The notes below the pieces were generated by a model. It was not told the origin of the DNA and ran no database searches. It saw only the letters and a program-made list of their open reading frames with translations. A DNA stretch of 64,000 bases from Alphaproteobacteria bacterium (GTDB lineage: Bacteria > Pseudomonadota > Alphaproteobacteria > UBA2966). Shown here in pieces: positions 1 through 10,030 of this stretch. Both the position numbers and the translations under genes were made by a program. Where the stretch lies: positions 1 to 64,000 of the forward strand of contig OZ219857.1 of the NCBI GenBank assembly GCA_964291395.2, in the 5' to 3' direction. Within the stretch, counting starts at the first letter, position 1, and each line of letters opens with the position of its first letter.

Positions 1-208
1 TTCGGGCCGGCCGCCGCCGTGACCGACGCAGCCGGACACCACCGGCATGATGCAGACGAGCATCGCGCCGGCGGCCAACCTGGTCCTGCCGTTCGATCTG
101 AGAACCACGGCCCCACCTCTGGATGCGACCGTTCATTCTACAGGCGCGGACGGTACCCGTGTAACCCCCGGCGACCCTGGCGCGCCTGGTCGTGGAGTCG
201 GGCGGATC

Positions 209-1688
209 TCATTGTTGCTGCGTGGCCCCGAAGGCGCCGACCATGTGGCCGAGGTCGTTGTAACTCGCCCTGAACGTGCCGGTCGCCGCCGTCGGAACCC
301 TGTCGTCGTTCACGTCGTGGAACTGCGCGCTCCACGTCGACGACGAGGCCGCGGCGTTCCCGCCTATCGACCAGACGGTGATCGCGGTGTTGTTTCCGGC
401 AGCCGCGATCGAGCCGTCGGCGCCGATCCCGGCCGTGCGGAGCTCGACCGACCAGGGCTTGGAGACTCCGTCCACCGTGAAGTCGTCGACCGTCCCCTCG
501 ACCGTCCCCTCGACGGCGGCGGCGGCGAAATCCACCCGTAGCGTCGCGGTGGCGGTGAAGTCCCCGGCCGAAGCCGCGCCGCCCTGGGGCTTCAAGGCGA
601 AATTGCCCACGGCGGGGCCGCGATAGGTCGCCGGGCCCTGAAGCGCGGCGAGGCTTGCGAACTCGTCCGCCGCGCCGCCCTCGCCGGCATGGAAGGCGCT
701 CACCGCGTACGCCGTCTCCGGTCTCCCTCGACCACCACCCGAAATACTGGAACTCCGTGTCGGTCGTCGCGACCATGGCTCCCGTCGCCGGCACGAATTT
801 CCAGGTGCCGCCGGCCAGCGTGTAGCCGCCGCCGTGCTTCACCGAGGACGTGCAGGCGCCACCCTGCGCCGGCTCGCACACGTAGGCGCCCGAGGCGCCG
901 TCGAAGCTGCCCGCTACCTCCGCCGTGCCGTCCGTCCCCGCCTCGTGCGTCCGGATCCCCGGTCCGGTGGGGAAGGCGGACGAGGCGATCAGCGTCGCGT
1001 CGGTGCCCGCCACGATCGGCAGGTTGCCGTCGGTGTCGAGTCCGTCGGCGGTGCCGTACTTGCCTCCTTCCCCGGAGAACGGCTGCGTGCCCGGGGCCTC
1101 GACGTTGGTGTAGAGCGCGACGGTGTCCGCGGTCCCGGCAGCCTCGTCGGCCGCGGTGTAGGTGCCGCCGCGCCAGCCGCCGAGCTGACCCGTGGCGCCG
1201 GCGGTCTCGAGGTCGGACACGGTCGTCGGCGGGGTGCCCGGGACCGTTCCCGACATCGTCGGCGGCGCGCCGTATCGAACGGCGGCGCGGATGTCGGCGA
1301 TCCCGGGGCGGCCCAACGCCGCGAACAGCTTTCCGACCTCGTCCTCCCGCGCCCGGGCGATGAGCTTCCGCTGGTCATCGAGGTCCCTTTCAAGCCGCGA
1401 GACCTGCTTGCCGGCCTCTTCCTTCTCGATGTTGGACAGCGTATCGGCGTCCGCCACGGCCTTCCTCGCCGCGACGATGGCCGCCGCGGCGGCATCGACC
1501 TCGGCATCCGTCGACTCGCCGTCCAGGTCGTGAACCGCGTCCGTCGCTACCCGGATGGCCTTGAGGACGGCGGCCCGCTGCTGGGCGGCGGTATCCACCA
1601 GGCCCGCGACCGCCTTTTCCCCGGAACCGCCGCAGGCGCCAAGGCCGAGCGCCAGGACACACATTACCGTCAGCAGAATCTTCGACAT
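209..1688 (-). CDS. Surface lipoprotein with C-terminal TbpB-like beta-barrel (putative Slam cargo); +1 frameshift near 711
   Basis: Lipobox MSKILLTVMCVLALGLGA-C with a GAGGA RBS upstream. The N-terminal part (ORF 138..1733) joins ORF 209..703 at DG/YAVSAFHAG. Motifs YFGWW, ATYRGPAVG and terminal VGAFGA. Confidence 0.7.
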
Positions 1689-1729
1689 GTCCTCATCCTC
1701 AGAAGGGATTTTTGCCAAGGGTCGATGGT

Positions 1730-1776
1730 CCACTATATCTCGTAATTCCGAACATCACGAGACACAATATATTGCG
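1730..1776. promoter_or_regulatory. Tandem NrdR-box-like operators
   Basis: CCACTATATCTCGTA (1730-1744) and ACACAATATATTGCG (1762-1776) compared with the consensus acaCwAtATaTwGtg; starts are 32 bp apart. Confidence 0.6.
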
Positions 1777-1804
1777 CACCTCAACCCTCGGTCGTAATCC
1801 CCCC

Positions 1805-3191
1805 TCAGAACAGCTTGACGAAGCGGAGCTCGCCGCCGGTGCGCTCGTAGTCGTAGAGCTGGGCGTTGGTCTTGCGCACCTCGTGCACCAGCGACACCTG
1901 GGGGCTGAAGCCCTGCCAGGCGAGCGCCCGGTTGTGGACGGACAGGCGGAACGAGGTGGTCCGGTCCTCGCGGGACTCTCCGGCGGCGGTGTGGGGGAAC
2001 CAGTTGCCTTCGTAGTCCGTCTCGCGTAGCTCGGCGGACGCTCCCACGGTGAACCCCCGGGGGAGCGCCACGGAAACGCCGGCCCGTACCCAGCGCCGCT
2101 CGTGACGCCAACGCACCGTCTCCGGACGCTCGCGTCCCCAGCCCAACGCGGCATTGGCCCGAACGGTGGGGGTCACCACCACGGAGCCGCCCAGGGAGAC
2201 GTCCGCGACCGGTCCGTCTAGGTAGGTCTTCGTCCGGTAGCTCCGGTCGTGCCAGGAAGCGTTGGCGTGCGCTCTTACCCGTCCGGTGAACCGGTGTCCG
2301 GCCTGGATGCGCGCCCCCCGGGCGTCGTAGTCCGGCGCGCTGGCGGACCAGCGCCGTTGGGCGCTGGCCAGCAGGCTTGCCTCCGACCGGCGGCCGATGA
2401 ACCACCGCGGACCGGCGTACGCGGACACGGACGACTGATCGAACCGGCTGCCTTCGTAGTCGCGCCGCGAGGCGTCCGCGCCGGCCCGAAGGCGGAGACG
2501 TTCGGCGAGGGGATACTGGTATTCCCCGCCCGTCCAGAGCGACAGGCCGATGCCCGAGCTGGTCAGCTCGTCGGCGTCGCGGGTGAACGGCAGCCGGGCG
2601 CCGCCGACGTTGATGTAGATGATCCTCTCGTCGGAGGTCGCGCCGATGTTGGTGTCGGGCGCCAGGGCGAAGCCGAAGCGGGCGCTCCAGCGCCGACGAG
2701 CGCGCATCTGGGCGAGGAAGCGGCGGACGTTGCGTCACCACCGGGGGCGGAACGTCGCCCGCCAGGACCATCTCGAAGTGCCGCCTGGCGAGGCGGTCCT
2801 GGCCCTTGAGGAAGAAGGCGCGGGCGAGCTCGAGGCGCACCCGCACCAGCTCCGGGCGCTTCACCAGCATGTCGTGAAAGGCGGCGATCGCCTCGTCCAG
2901 CAGGGCCTCGCGGTCCTCTTCCGCAACGTCCGGCCGTTGCGCCGCGCCGGCCGCCGCGAGCCCGTACTGGAAAAGCGCGTCCGCCTGGACCGCGCCGCCC
3001 CGCACCAGCGGCGCCAGCACCGCCAGCGCCTCCTCGAAGCGGCCTTCCCGCATCAGCGCCCGCGCCTCGGCGATGCCGGTCTCGACGTCCTGGGCGGCGG
3101 GAGCGGGCGGCGGCTCTCCCGCGCCCCAGGCCGGGACGGACAGCGAGAGCGCGGCAGCGGCCGCCAACGCGCGGAGGAGATTGCTTGTCAT
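1805..3191 (-). CDS. Slam / DUF560 outer-membrane translocon (TPR domain plus beta-barrel, type XI secretion); +1 frameshift near 2733
   Basis: Signal peptide and TPR segment RVRLELARAFFLKGQDRLARRHFE. The second frame continues NVRRFLAQMRARRRW...APDTNIG... and ends in an amphipathic strand with terminal Phe (GGELRFVKLF). Confidence 0.8.
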
Positions 3192-3201
3192 GTCTGCACC
3201 G

Positions 3202-3231
3202 AAAAAAAGGGGGCGGCCCGAAGGCCGCCCC
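3202..3231 (-). terminator. Rho-independent terminator
   Basis: Minus strand reads GGGGCGGCC-TTCG-GGCCGCCCC followed by C and T7, just after the stop at 3253. Confidence 0.9.
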
Positions 3232-3252
3232 GATCGTTACGCTATTTGACGA

Positions 3253-6200
3253 CTACTGCATCAGGTCAGCGCCGAAGGCACCCACGTAGCTGCGGGTCAC
3301 GGCATGTCGTCGCCCGTCGCCCACGGACTTGGTGACGCCGAAGGTGCCGGCCGCCGCGAGAGGCGCGGTGAGCGACTCGCTCTCGTTTACAGCCGTGTCC
3401 TCATCGTTCGCCGTCGCCGGATTGTAGAACTGAACCGCTCCAGGTGCCGTTGAACTCATACGTGGCCGCACCCGTTGCCATCGACCGTGGGCTCGCCCAT
3501 GCTCGTGGGCCGCGCCGTTGCAAGGTGGCGGAAATGTTGCCGTCAGTCGCCGGCGCAGCCTGTATCCCAGATAGATCGGAGCTGACATCGCCATGAACCG
3601 CCGGCCACGCCATGATGTTGCTGATCGAACCGGTGATGGATGGTATCGTCAGCCGGCATCCGCCGTCGCCGAAGTTGGCCATCAGGCTGGCGTCACCCTC
3701 GAACCAGTTGACGCCCTGCGCCCGTCTTGTGATACACGCCTGCCGCCTTGCCGCTCGTAGTTCGCGGTGCCGGTGACGGCGTTCGCCACGTTGACGGCGT
3801 AGTCGGCTGCCGCCGACCGCGAATGCACCGAAGTCCGGATCGTCGGTGGTGCCGTCGTCGCTCTCTTCGCAGCCACACGCCGAACGCCAGATAGTTGGTT
3901 TGTTCTGCGGTCGGCGTCATGCGGCCGTGACGGCTTCTCTGGCCGCCCGGCTACCGGTGAACGTATAACCGCTGATGGCACTCACCGCACCGTCCGCACC
4001 AAGCGTGATGTCGCAAGCAGTGTTGGCGGGGCAACTCAGAGTGCCCGTGAAGCGGCGCCGTATCACCCGATGGTGTCCACTCGACACCCGTGATGGTGGT
4101 TCCTGTACTCGTAACTTTAGCCAACTCGGTCGCTGTTGTTATGACGGCAGCATTAGCCGACCTGGCCGACGCGCAGTCACCGCGAGACCGGAGTCGTCAC
4201 CCTTCGTGCTTGTCGGTGAAGACGATCGCGCGGGCACGATCGTCCATCACGCTGGATGCGGTTTAGTCTCCGTCATCCTCCCAGAGCTCGTACCCAGCGA
4301 AGGCGATCGATGGTCGGCGATCTTTCTGGCGGTCATGGATCCGTTGCGTGACGGCAGGGGTGACTGTGGTATCGCATCCCTGTCGGCCCTACGAACTCGG
4401 CCAGATTGCGGTCCCGTCCCGGCAACGTTCACCGTGATCCCCAGCATGCCCTCGGAGAACTCGTTCTCGTCTAGCATCGGTAGTAGCCGGATCGTCCACC
4501 GTGTCGCCAGGCCATGGGTGATGGTTGCCGTGGTGCCGGCACCCTGATTGCCGTTGGTCGCTGCCGCTATCTCGGCCATGGCCGCACCGACGCTGGTGAC
4601 GTGGGCCGCCGTCTCATCGGCGTCCGTGGTCGCAACGTCCATGACGTGAGCGCCGTTGGCCGCCAGGAACAGCTGCAGGACGTGCTCGCCAGCGGCTTCT
4701 TTCGCCATGGCCGCCAACTGCATGGCGCCCATGGCGTCTTCTTCGTCGCTGTCGTAGGCGGCCATGGCCATGTCACGCTGGTCTTCCGCCTTGCCCTGCT
4801 CGCCTTCCGCAGTGCTGCGTGCCGTCATGGCATCTTCCGCCGTGGCATCGTCGATGCCCTCGGCAGCCATCTTCGCGGCCATGTAGGCAGCTTCCGCGGC
4901 GTCCGCCGCGTCCCTTGCCCTCATCGCCGCTGCCTTGGCAGCCTCGTAGTGCATCTTGGCCGCGGCACTGTCGGTACGCGCGTCCATCGCCATCATGTAC
5001 GCGGCCTGGGCGTCGTCACGAGCCTGCTCCGCGTTGTCGGCATGCGTACCCGCAGCCTCCGACGCCATCATGGCAGCCGAAACGGCGGATTTCGTCGCCG
5101 CGATGTCATCCTGTCTCTGCTGCTCCTTCTGCGCAGCCACGATGTTCTGGATGTCTTCGTTCTCAGCCTTGGCTGTCATGTAGGACGAGTTGGCGTTCCC
5201 CGCCTGGGTCGCCGCTGCGGTCGCCTGAGCATTGGCTTGGTCAGCCGTCATGTCGTCCATGATCGCATCATGCGCCGCCTTGGCAGCGTTCGCGGCGGTA
5301 CGCGCCGCCGTCGCCGCCTCTCTGGCCGCCATGGCGCCCGGAGAACCGGGAGCAGCCATCTCGGCCGCGTCGGCAGCAGCTTCGGCCTTCATGGCGTCGG
5401 CGTCGGCGTCCATGTAGGACTGCATCGCAGCGCTACGAGCCGACGCAACGTCCATCTTCCGCTGCTCTTCGGCGCCTCGGTCGTTTTGGACTGCCTCGAC
5501 CAGCGCGGCGTACATGTTCACGCCCGCCACCTCGGCAACCACCGTGTCCCTTGCCGCCTCAACGTCCGCCTGATGCCCCTTGGCATCGGCCGAGGTCGTC
5601 GCGGCCTGAGCCATGTCGTTCGCGGCCATGGCTGCGTCATACGCAGTCTTCGCCCGCATCAACGCATCGCTTGCGCGAACGTGGTCATCAACGTCCGTGG
5701 CCGTCAGAGCGTCCACGCGCGCCTTCGCCGCATCGTAGGCCATCTTGGCCGTATCGTATGCGCTCATCGCGGCGGTCTTCGCCGCCGCCAAAGCCATCCT
5801 CTCGGTTTCGGCTTCGTTCGCCATCCGAGTGTCGTAGGCCGTCTGAACCATGCCGGCGTACTTCATCGCCTCGGTGTTCGCGGTGTTGGCATCCGCCAAG
5901 GCTCCCTGAGCCGCGTCACGCTGTGCCTCGGCATCGGCAAGAAGCGTCGCCGCCCCGGCCGCGTCGCTCGCAGCCTTCGCCGCCATGTATGCCGAATGAG
6001 CGTCCGCCACCTTGGCCACCGCCATGTCGTAGGACGCCATGTCGTCGGCCTTGATCATCTCGACCCCGGCGAGCGCCGCCTTGGCCGCCTCATAGGAAGC
6101 CTTGGCAGCATCGGCCGCCGTCATCGCCGCCGACTGCGCCGCCGCAATCGCGGGAGCGTCCCGCATGGCGATGTATGCCGCCGCAACCGCGTCCGCATGA

Positions 6201-6841
6201 GAAATCGCCATCTGGCTGGCCGCCTCGGCGTCGTCCTGATGCCCTTCGGCATCGGATGAGGTCGTTGCCGCCTTGGCCGCGTCGTATGCCGCCTTGGCAT
6301 CGGCCAGCGCGTTCATCGCGCGCTGGTACGAAGCCGGATCGGCGCTCTCTTGACCGGCAATCCCGGCGAGCGCGTCACGCGCCGCCTGCCATGCCGTCCT
6401 CGCCGCGGCTTGAGCGTCGGCAAGGGCCATCGCTTCGGCGGCCGCTGCCGCATCCGCGATCCGCTTGTCTTCGGCCGCTTGCACCATGCCCGCATACTTC
6501 ATGGCATTGGCGTTCGCAGCCTTCGCCATGTCGGCGTACTTCGTGGCGTCGGCCACGGTCTCCGCCGCCGCCGCCTTGGCGCTCGCCGCCGCGGCCGCCG
6601 CGCTCGCCGCCACCGCCGCGTCGTAGGACGCCATGTCAGCGGCATTGATCGCCTCAACGGCGGAGACTGCCGCTGCCGCTGCCGTAGCTGCCGCAGCCGC
6701 CGCAGTCTTTTGGGCGTTCAACGCATCCATGTCCACCGCTGGGGGGGTAGGAGCGTCGTCACCGCCAGATGAGCACGCACCGAGGGCGAGACCGAAGCCC
6801 GCCAACAGAGCAAGTGCCAAATACGTTGACTTGAATCTCAT
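3253..6841 (-). CDS. Giant Ala/Met-rich stalked surface lipoprotein with TbpB-like C-terminal domain; many frameshifts in 3253-4550
   Basis: Lipobox GLALGA-C followed by ~750 aa of helical repeats. Frame-hopping fragments WPGDTVDDPA, GYELWEDDGD, NYLAFGVWL, VTGTA.Y.GKAAGVY, FNGTWSGS, AAGTFGV and YVGAFGA form one collinear domain. Confidence 0.7.
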
Positions 6842-7023
6842 GGGAATTCTCTCCCTCAGTTACGTGTTCTCGTTCCCGAGTTGGTCGGGCCGTTGCAATC
6901 GTCAACCGGGGCGGGGTGAGGTTCCTGCTTATTTGCCGGAAGCCGGAACGGCTTGCGAGGCTTTATCTGTTCAGCGGGCAACCCGACCAAAAAAAGGGAA
7001 GCCGGAAAGCGATTGCGGGTGAA

Positions 7024-7052
7024 TTGTTACGGCCTTCGCAATTGCCTGTCAA
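7024..7052 (-). promoter_or_regulatory. Sigma70-like promoter for the giant lipoprotein
   Basis: Minus strand TTGACA (7052-7047), 17-nt spacer, TAACAA (7029-7024). Confidence 0.55.
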
Positions 7053-7276
7053 CAGATTTCATGACAAGGAAATTTCCGATTCCCTCCCCCATGGCCGGGT
7101 CGTAGCGATCGTCATCCAGCGGTCGAAAATGAATTCCCGCCTTCCGCCGAGAGCACGAGCCCCGTACGGCCCTTGTGTTCGACAGGCAACCCGACGATGG
7201 GAATAAAGAAGGGATAATGTTCGGGCACGCGCGGCAATCGCGTCAACAGCAATTGTTCGGCGGGGAAGAAGCGATC

Positions 7277-8251
7277 TCACCTGACGGCCGCTCGGAAGGA
7301 TTCGCTCAAGGCGACGAACGTTCCGAAGAATTCGCCGACGCTGCCGTCTCTTTCCTCGAAGGAGGCGCTGCTGAAGCCCGCCGTCAGCCGGGGGTTGCCG
7401 TCCCGGTCGGGAAGGTTGGATAGCGTGCCGCCCCAGTGCCCCTCCGCATGCGTGACCGCGCGACCGGGGTGCCTGACCTCCACGTCGTCATGCTCGAAGG
7501 TGCCGTCCGGATTGATGAGCGTGACGCCGAAGCGCAGCTCGTAGTCGGCGGCGACGGCCTGAGCGTCGCGCGCCTCGTCTCCCAGGAAGATGCCGAAATG
7601 CGCCCGCCGGGTGACGAGATCGCCCGCGCAGCCGATGCAGCCGCTCAAGGTGCCGCCGGCGAAGTCCGCCGCGATCGCGATCTCTCCCTCGTACTCGTCG
7701 ATCACGTAGGCGCCCTCGTCCTCTCCCCAGTCGCTTCCCGGAACGTAGGCGTAGAGCCCGCCGGCCTGCCCGACATAGGTCGCCCGCCCCTCCACCGGCA
7801 ATCGGCGGGGGGCCGACAGGTCGAACTCCGGCCCGTCGACGAGGGCGTACTGGATGGAGTCCCTGAACGACAGGTCCGGGAGATGCTGCCCGGGGAACTG
7901 CGCCCACCAGCCGGCCATCAGGTAGTCGGCCGGGTCTTCCGGGTCCCAGCTCACCAGGGCGTAGGCCACCGACGTGCCGATGTCCGCGTCCTTGACGAAC
8001 GTCCAGTCCCGCGCCCGATGGCCGGGGATGGGGGTGGCGCCGGGTTCCGTCGCGACGGCATCGTCGGTCGTGTTGACGGAGACCTCGGTGCCGTCGTCCA
8101 GGGTCAGGAACACCCGCAGCCGCGGTCCGGAGAACTCCGAGTTCCTCTCGAAGGTGATGGTGTCGTCGGGCGGCGGGTCGTCGTCGAAACGAGAGCAGGC
8201 GCCCGCCGTCAGCGCCACGACGATGGTGAGCAGGATGGCGACCGGTCTCAT
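7277..8251 (-). CDS. Surface lipoprotein with TbpB-like barrel (paralog 1)
   Basis: Lipobox LTAGA-C; motifs YLMAGWW, ATYVGQAGGLY, GCIGC, GHWGG and FFGTFVA; collinear with 10031..11005. Confidence 0.75.
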   Translation of the reverse strand: MRPVAILLTIVVALTAGACSRFDDDPPPDDTITFERNSEFSGPRLRVFLTLDDGTEVSVNTTDDAVATEPGATPIPGHRARDWTFVKDADIGTSVAYALVSWDPEDPADYLMAGWWAQFPGQHLPDLSFRDSIQYALVDGPEFDLSAPRRLPVEGRATYVGQAGGLYAYVPGSDWGEDEGAYVIDEYEGEIAIAADFAGGTLSGCIGCAGDLVTRRAHFGIFLGDEARDAQAVAADYELRFGVTLINPDGTFEHDDVEVRHPGRAVTHAEGHWGGTLSNLPDRDGNPRLTAGFSSASFEERDGSVGEFFGTFVALSESFRAAVR

Positions 8252-8299
8252 GATCCATTGCTTCTCATAGTTGCCGAACAGTTGCCAAACGCGAACCCC

Positions 8300-8620
8300 A
8301 TTGTATGACAGCCCCGACCGGATGGCACCAGCGGTGGCCCGGGGACGCCGTCCGCGATCCGCCGTTTCGGCGCGTCCGCCTGATCCGCTCGATCGTTTCG
8401 AGCATATGCCGAGGCGGCTCGTGTCGCCGGCGCCCGCTCATCGAGTTGCGTCCGCCAGCGATCCCCGCAGGTCCTTGTCGGCGCGACCGAGGCGCGCGGC
8501 GGCTGCGTGAACTGCCGTCACTCACACCGACTGCCGCGCCGCCTGCGGCCGTCAATCGAAGAGGGAGAGGATCGTGCTCGATCCGGGCGATGCTGCTCCC
8601 GACGGCGAACGTGTCGAAAT
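8300..8620 (-). pseudogene. Probable decayed MNT-HEPN (DUF86) TA remnant
   Basis: Fragment MSGRRRHEPPRHMLETIERIRR resembles a DUF86/HepT N-terminus and overlaps the stop of an upstream fragment ending LADATR*; no intact ORF. Confidence 0.35.
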
Positions 8621-8657
8621 AGCTCGCCCCTGGTCGACGCCGACCATCAGGCGGTCC

Positions 8658-8951
8658 CTACAGCCCGGCGATGAAGCCCAGGAAGACCGACGTCGCTACC
8701 GCAATGACCGCGACGGCCGAAACGCCCAGGCCCGCGAGCCCCGTCCGCACGGGCGAGAATTCGCGCTTCTCCAAAGCGGTCACCTCCTCGATGGGGATCT
8801 CCGCGTCGGCGCCGCGGATGGCATCGCGAAGCGCCTCGGGCGGGTAATCCGGCTTCTCGACGCTCGTGCATCCGGACACGAGGAGCATCACGAGGGAGAC
8901 GGCGAGAATTCCGCCGGAAACCGTCCTCGAGCCCGGCAACCGCCTGTTCAT
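8658..8951 (-). CDS. Small lipoprotein with C-terminal hydrophobic helix, possibly internally deleted
   Basis: Lipobox LLVSG-C, GGAGG RBS, hydrophobic C-terminal tail. Confidence 0.55.
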   Translation of the reverse strand: MNRRLPGSRTVSGGILAVSLVMLLVSGCTSVEKPDYPPEALRDAIRGADAEIPIEEVTALEKREFSPVRTGLAGLGVSAVAVIAVATSVFLGFIAGL

Positions 8952-9266
8952 CGGTGGACCCTCCCGCGCTGGCCGGATCGTGGCGCCGTTTCGGCTTGAA
9001 CGAAGAGAGCGGCCCTCGGCGCCACCATGCCGCGACGCTCTCCTGTCGGCAACGTCGGCACCGGCCGGCGTTCCGGCTTCGCCGCGACGCGGTCCGCGTC
9101 AGCCGTGCGTCATCATATATATAATGAGTGTCCGAATTCCCCGCGCGGTCGGATGCCGCACCGATCGGCCGCGAGATCGCCGGGCGCCGCCGGAGTCGCG
9201 CGGCGCGGGCAGGTTGGACGGCCCACGACCACTGACAACTGACAAGATGCACGTTACAGCGGTACC

Positions 9267-9305
9267 ATGATACGCGGCTTCAAGAGCCGGGCCCTCAGAC
9301 GGTTC
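9267..9305 (+). pseudogene. higB: HigB/RelE toxin 5' stub (13 codons)
   Basis: Translates [13 protein letters not shown], the typical HigB N-terminus, and abuts higA directly. Confidence 0.65.
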
Positions 9306-9310
9306 ATGGC

Positions 9311-9592
9311 ATGCACGATCCTCCCCATCCCGGCGCATTCATCCGCCGCCAGTGCCTCGAGCCCCTCGGGCTGACGGTGACCGAGGCCGCCAGGGGCCTC
9401 TCGGTCTCCCGCAACACGCTCTCGATGCTGCTCAACGGCCGCCACGGGATCTCTCCCGAGATGGCCATCCGGCTCTCCCAGGCGTTCGGCGGCAGCCCCG
9501 AGAGCTGGCTGCAGCAGCAGATGCAGTACGACCTCTGGCGCGCCCTCGAGGGCCGCGAGGACGTGCCGGTGCGGCGCTTCGCCGCCGCCTGA
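9311..9592 (+). CDS. higA: HigA family antitoxin (HTH)
   Basis: MHDPPHPG...[47 protein letters not shown]. Confidence 0.9.
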   Translation: MHDPPHPGAFIRRQCLEPLGLTVTEAARGLSVSRNTLSMLLNGRHGISPEMAIRLSQAFGGSPESWLQQQMQYDLWRALEGREDVPVRRFAAA

Positions 9593-9650
9593 ACGCGTGA
9601 GCCGTCAACCCTTCGGGATGAGTCCCTTTCTTTTCCTTCAAGCGGCTCGA
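9502..9650 (+). repeat. ~149-bp direct repeat, copy 1 (higA 3' end plus downstream DNA)
   Basis: Near-identical to 11161..11309, with fewer than 10 mismatches by eye. Confidence 0.95.
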
Positions 9651-9658
9651 CGGCATCG

Positions 9659-9703
9659 TCAGCCTGGATGGATCAGCAGGTCGGTGTCGAGGAATGCCGT
9701 CAC
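9659..9703 (-). pseudogene. vapC: VapC/PIN toxin 5' stub
   Basis: GTG start overlaps the antitoxin stop; reads VTAFLDTDLLIHPG*. Confidence 0.6.
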
Positions 9704-9931
9704 CGGGCGTTGGCTTCCTCTCGATCGAAGGCATGGTCTTCAGGCATGGGCCGGGCACGCGTGCGCATCCGTTCGACCGCCCGTTCCCGGCTGTCGTCCC
9801 TGGCGACGGCGATACGCTGCGGCGTGGCGGACACGATTTCCAGCTCGTCGCCGGATTTCAGGCCGAGGTCCTCGACCAGTGCCTTGGGCAGCCGGACAGC
9901 CAGGCCGTCGCCCCATTTCGAGACATGTCAT
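9700..9931 (-). pseudogene. vapB: AbrB/MazE/SpoVT-type VapB antitoxin, +1 frameshift after the ATG (missing from the ORF track)
   Basis: M/HVSKWGDGLAVRLPKALVEDLGLKSGDELEIV...FDREEANAR*. Confidence 0.8.
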
Positions 9932-10030
9932 GGACGACACGTCGCATGGAGCTCCACACCGGATCGGCAGGCCCGCCGAACGCCCGCTAGACCCGTCAAA
10001 AGCAGACGTTCGGCGGGGAAGGGGCGGGTC

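Noticed and set aside
3253-4550. Diversity-generating retroelement target
   Set aside because: No reverse transcriptase or template repeat in the window, and the variation seen is indels rather than adenine-specific substitutions.
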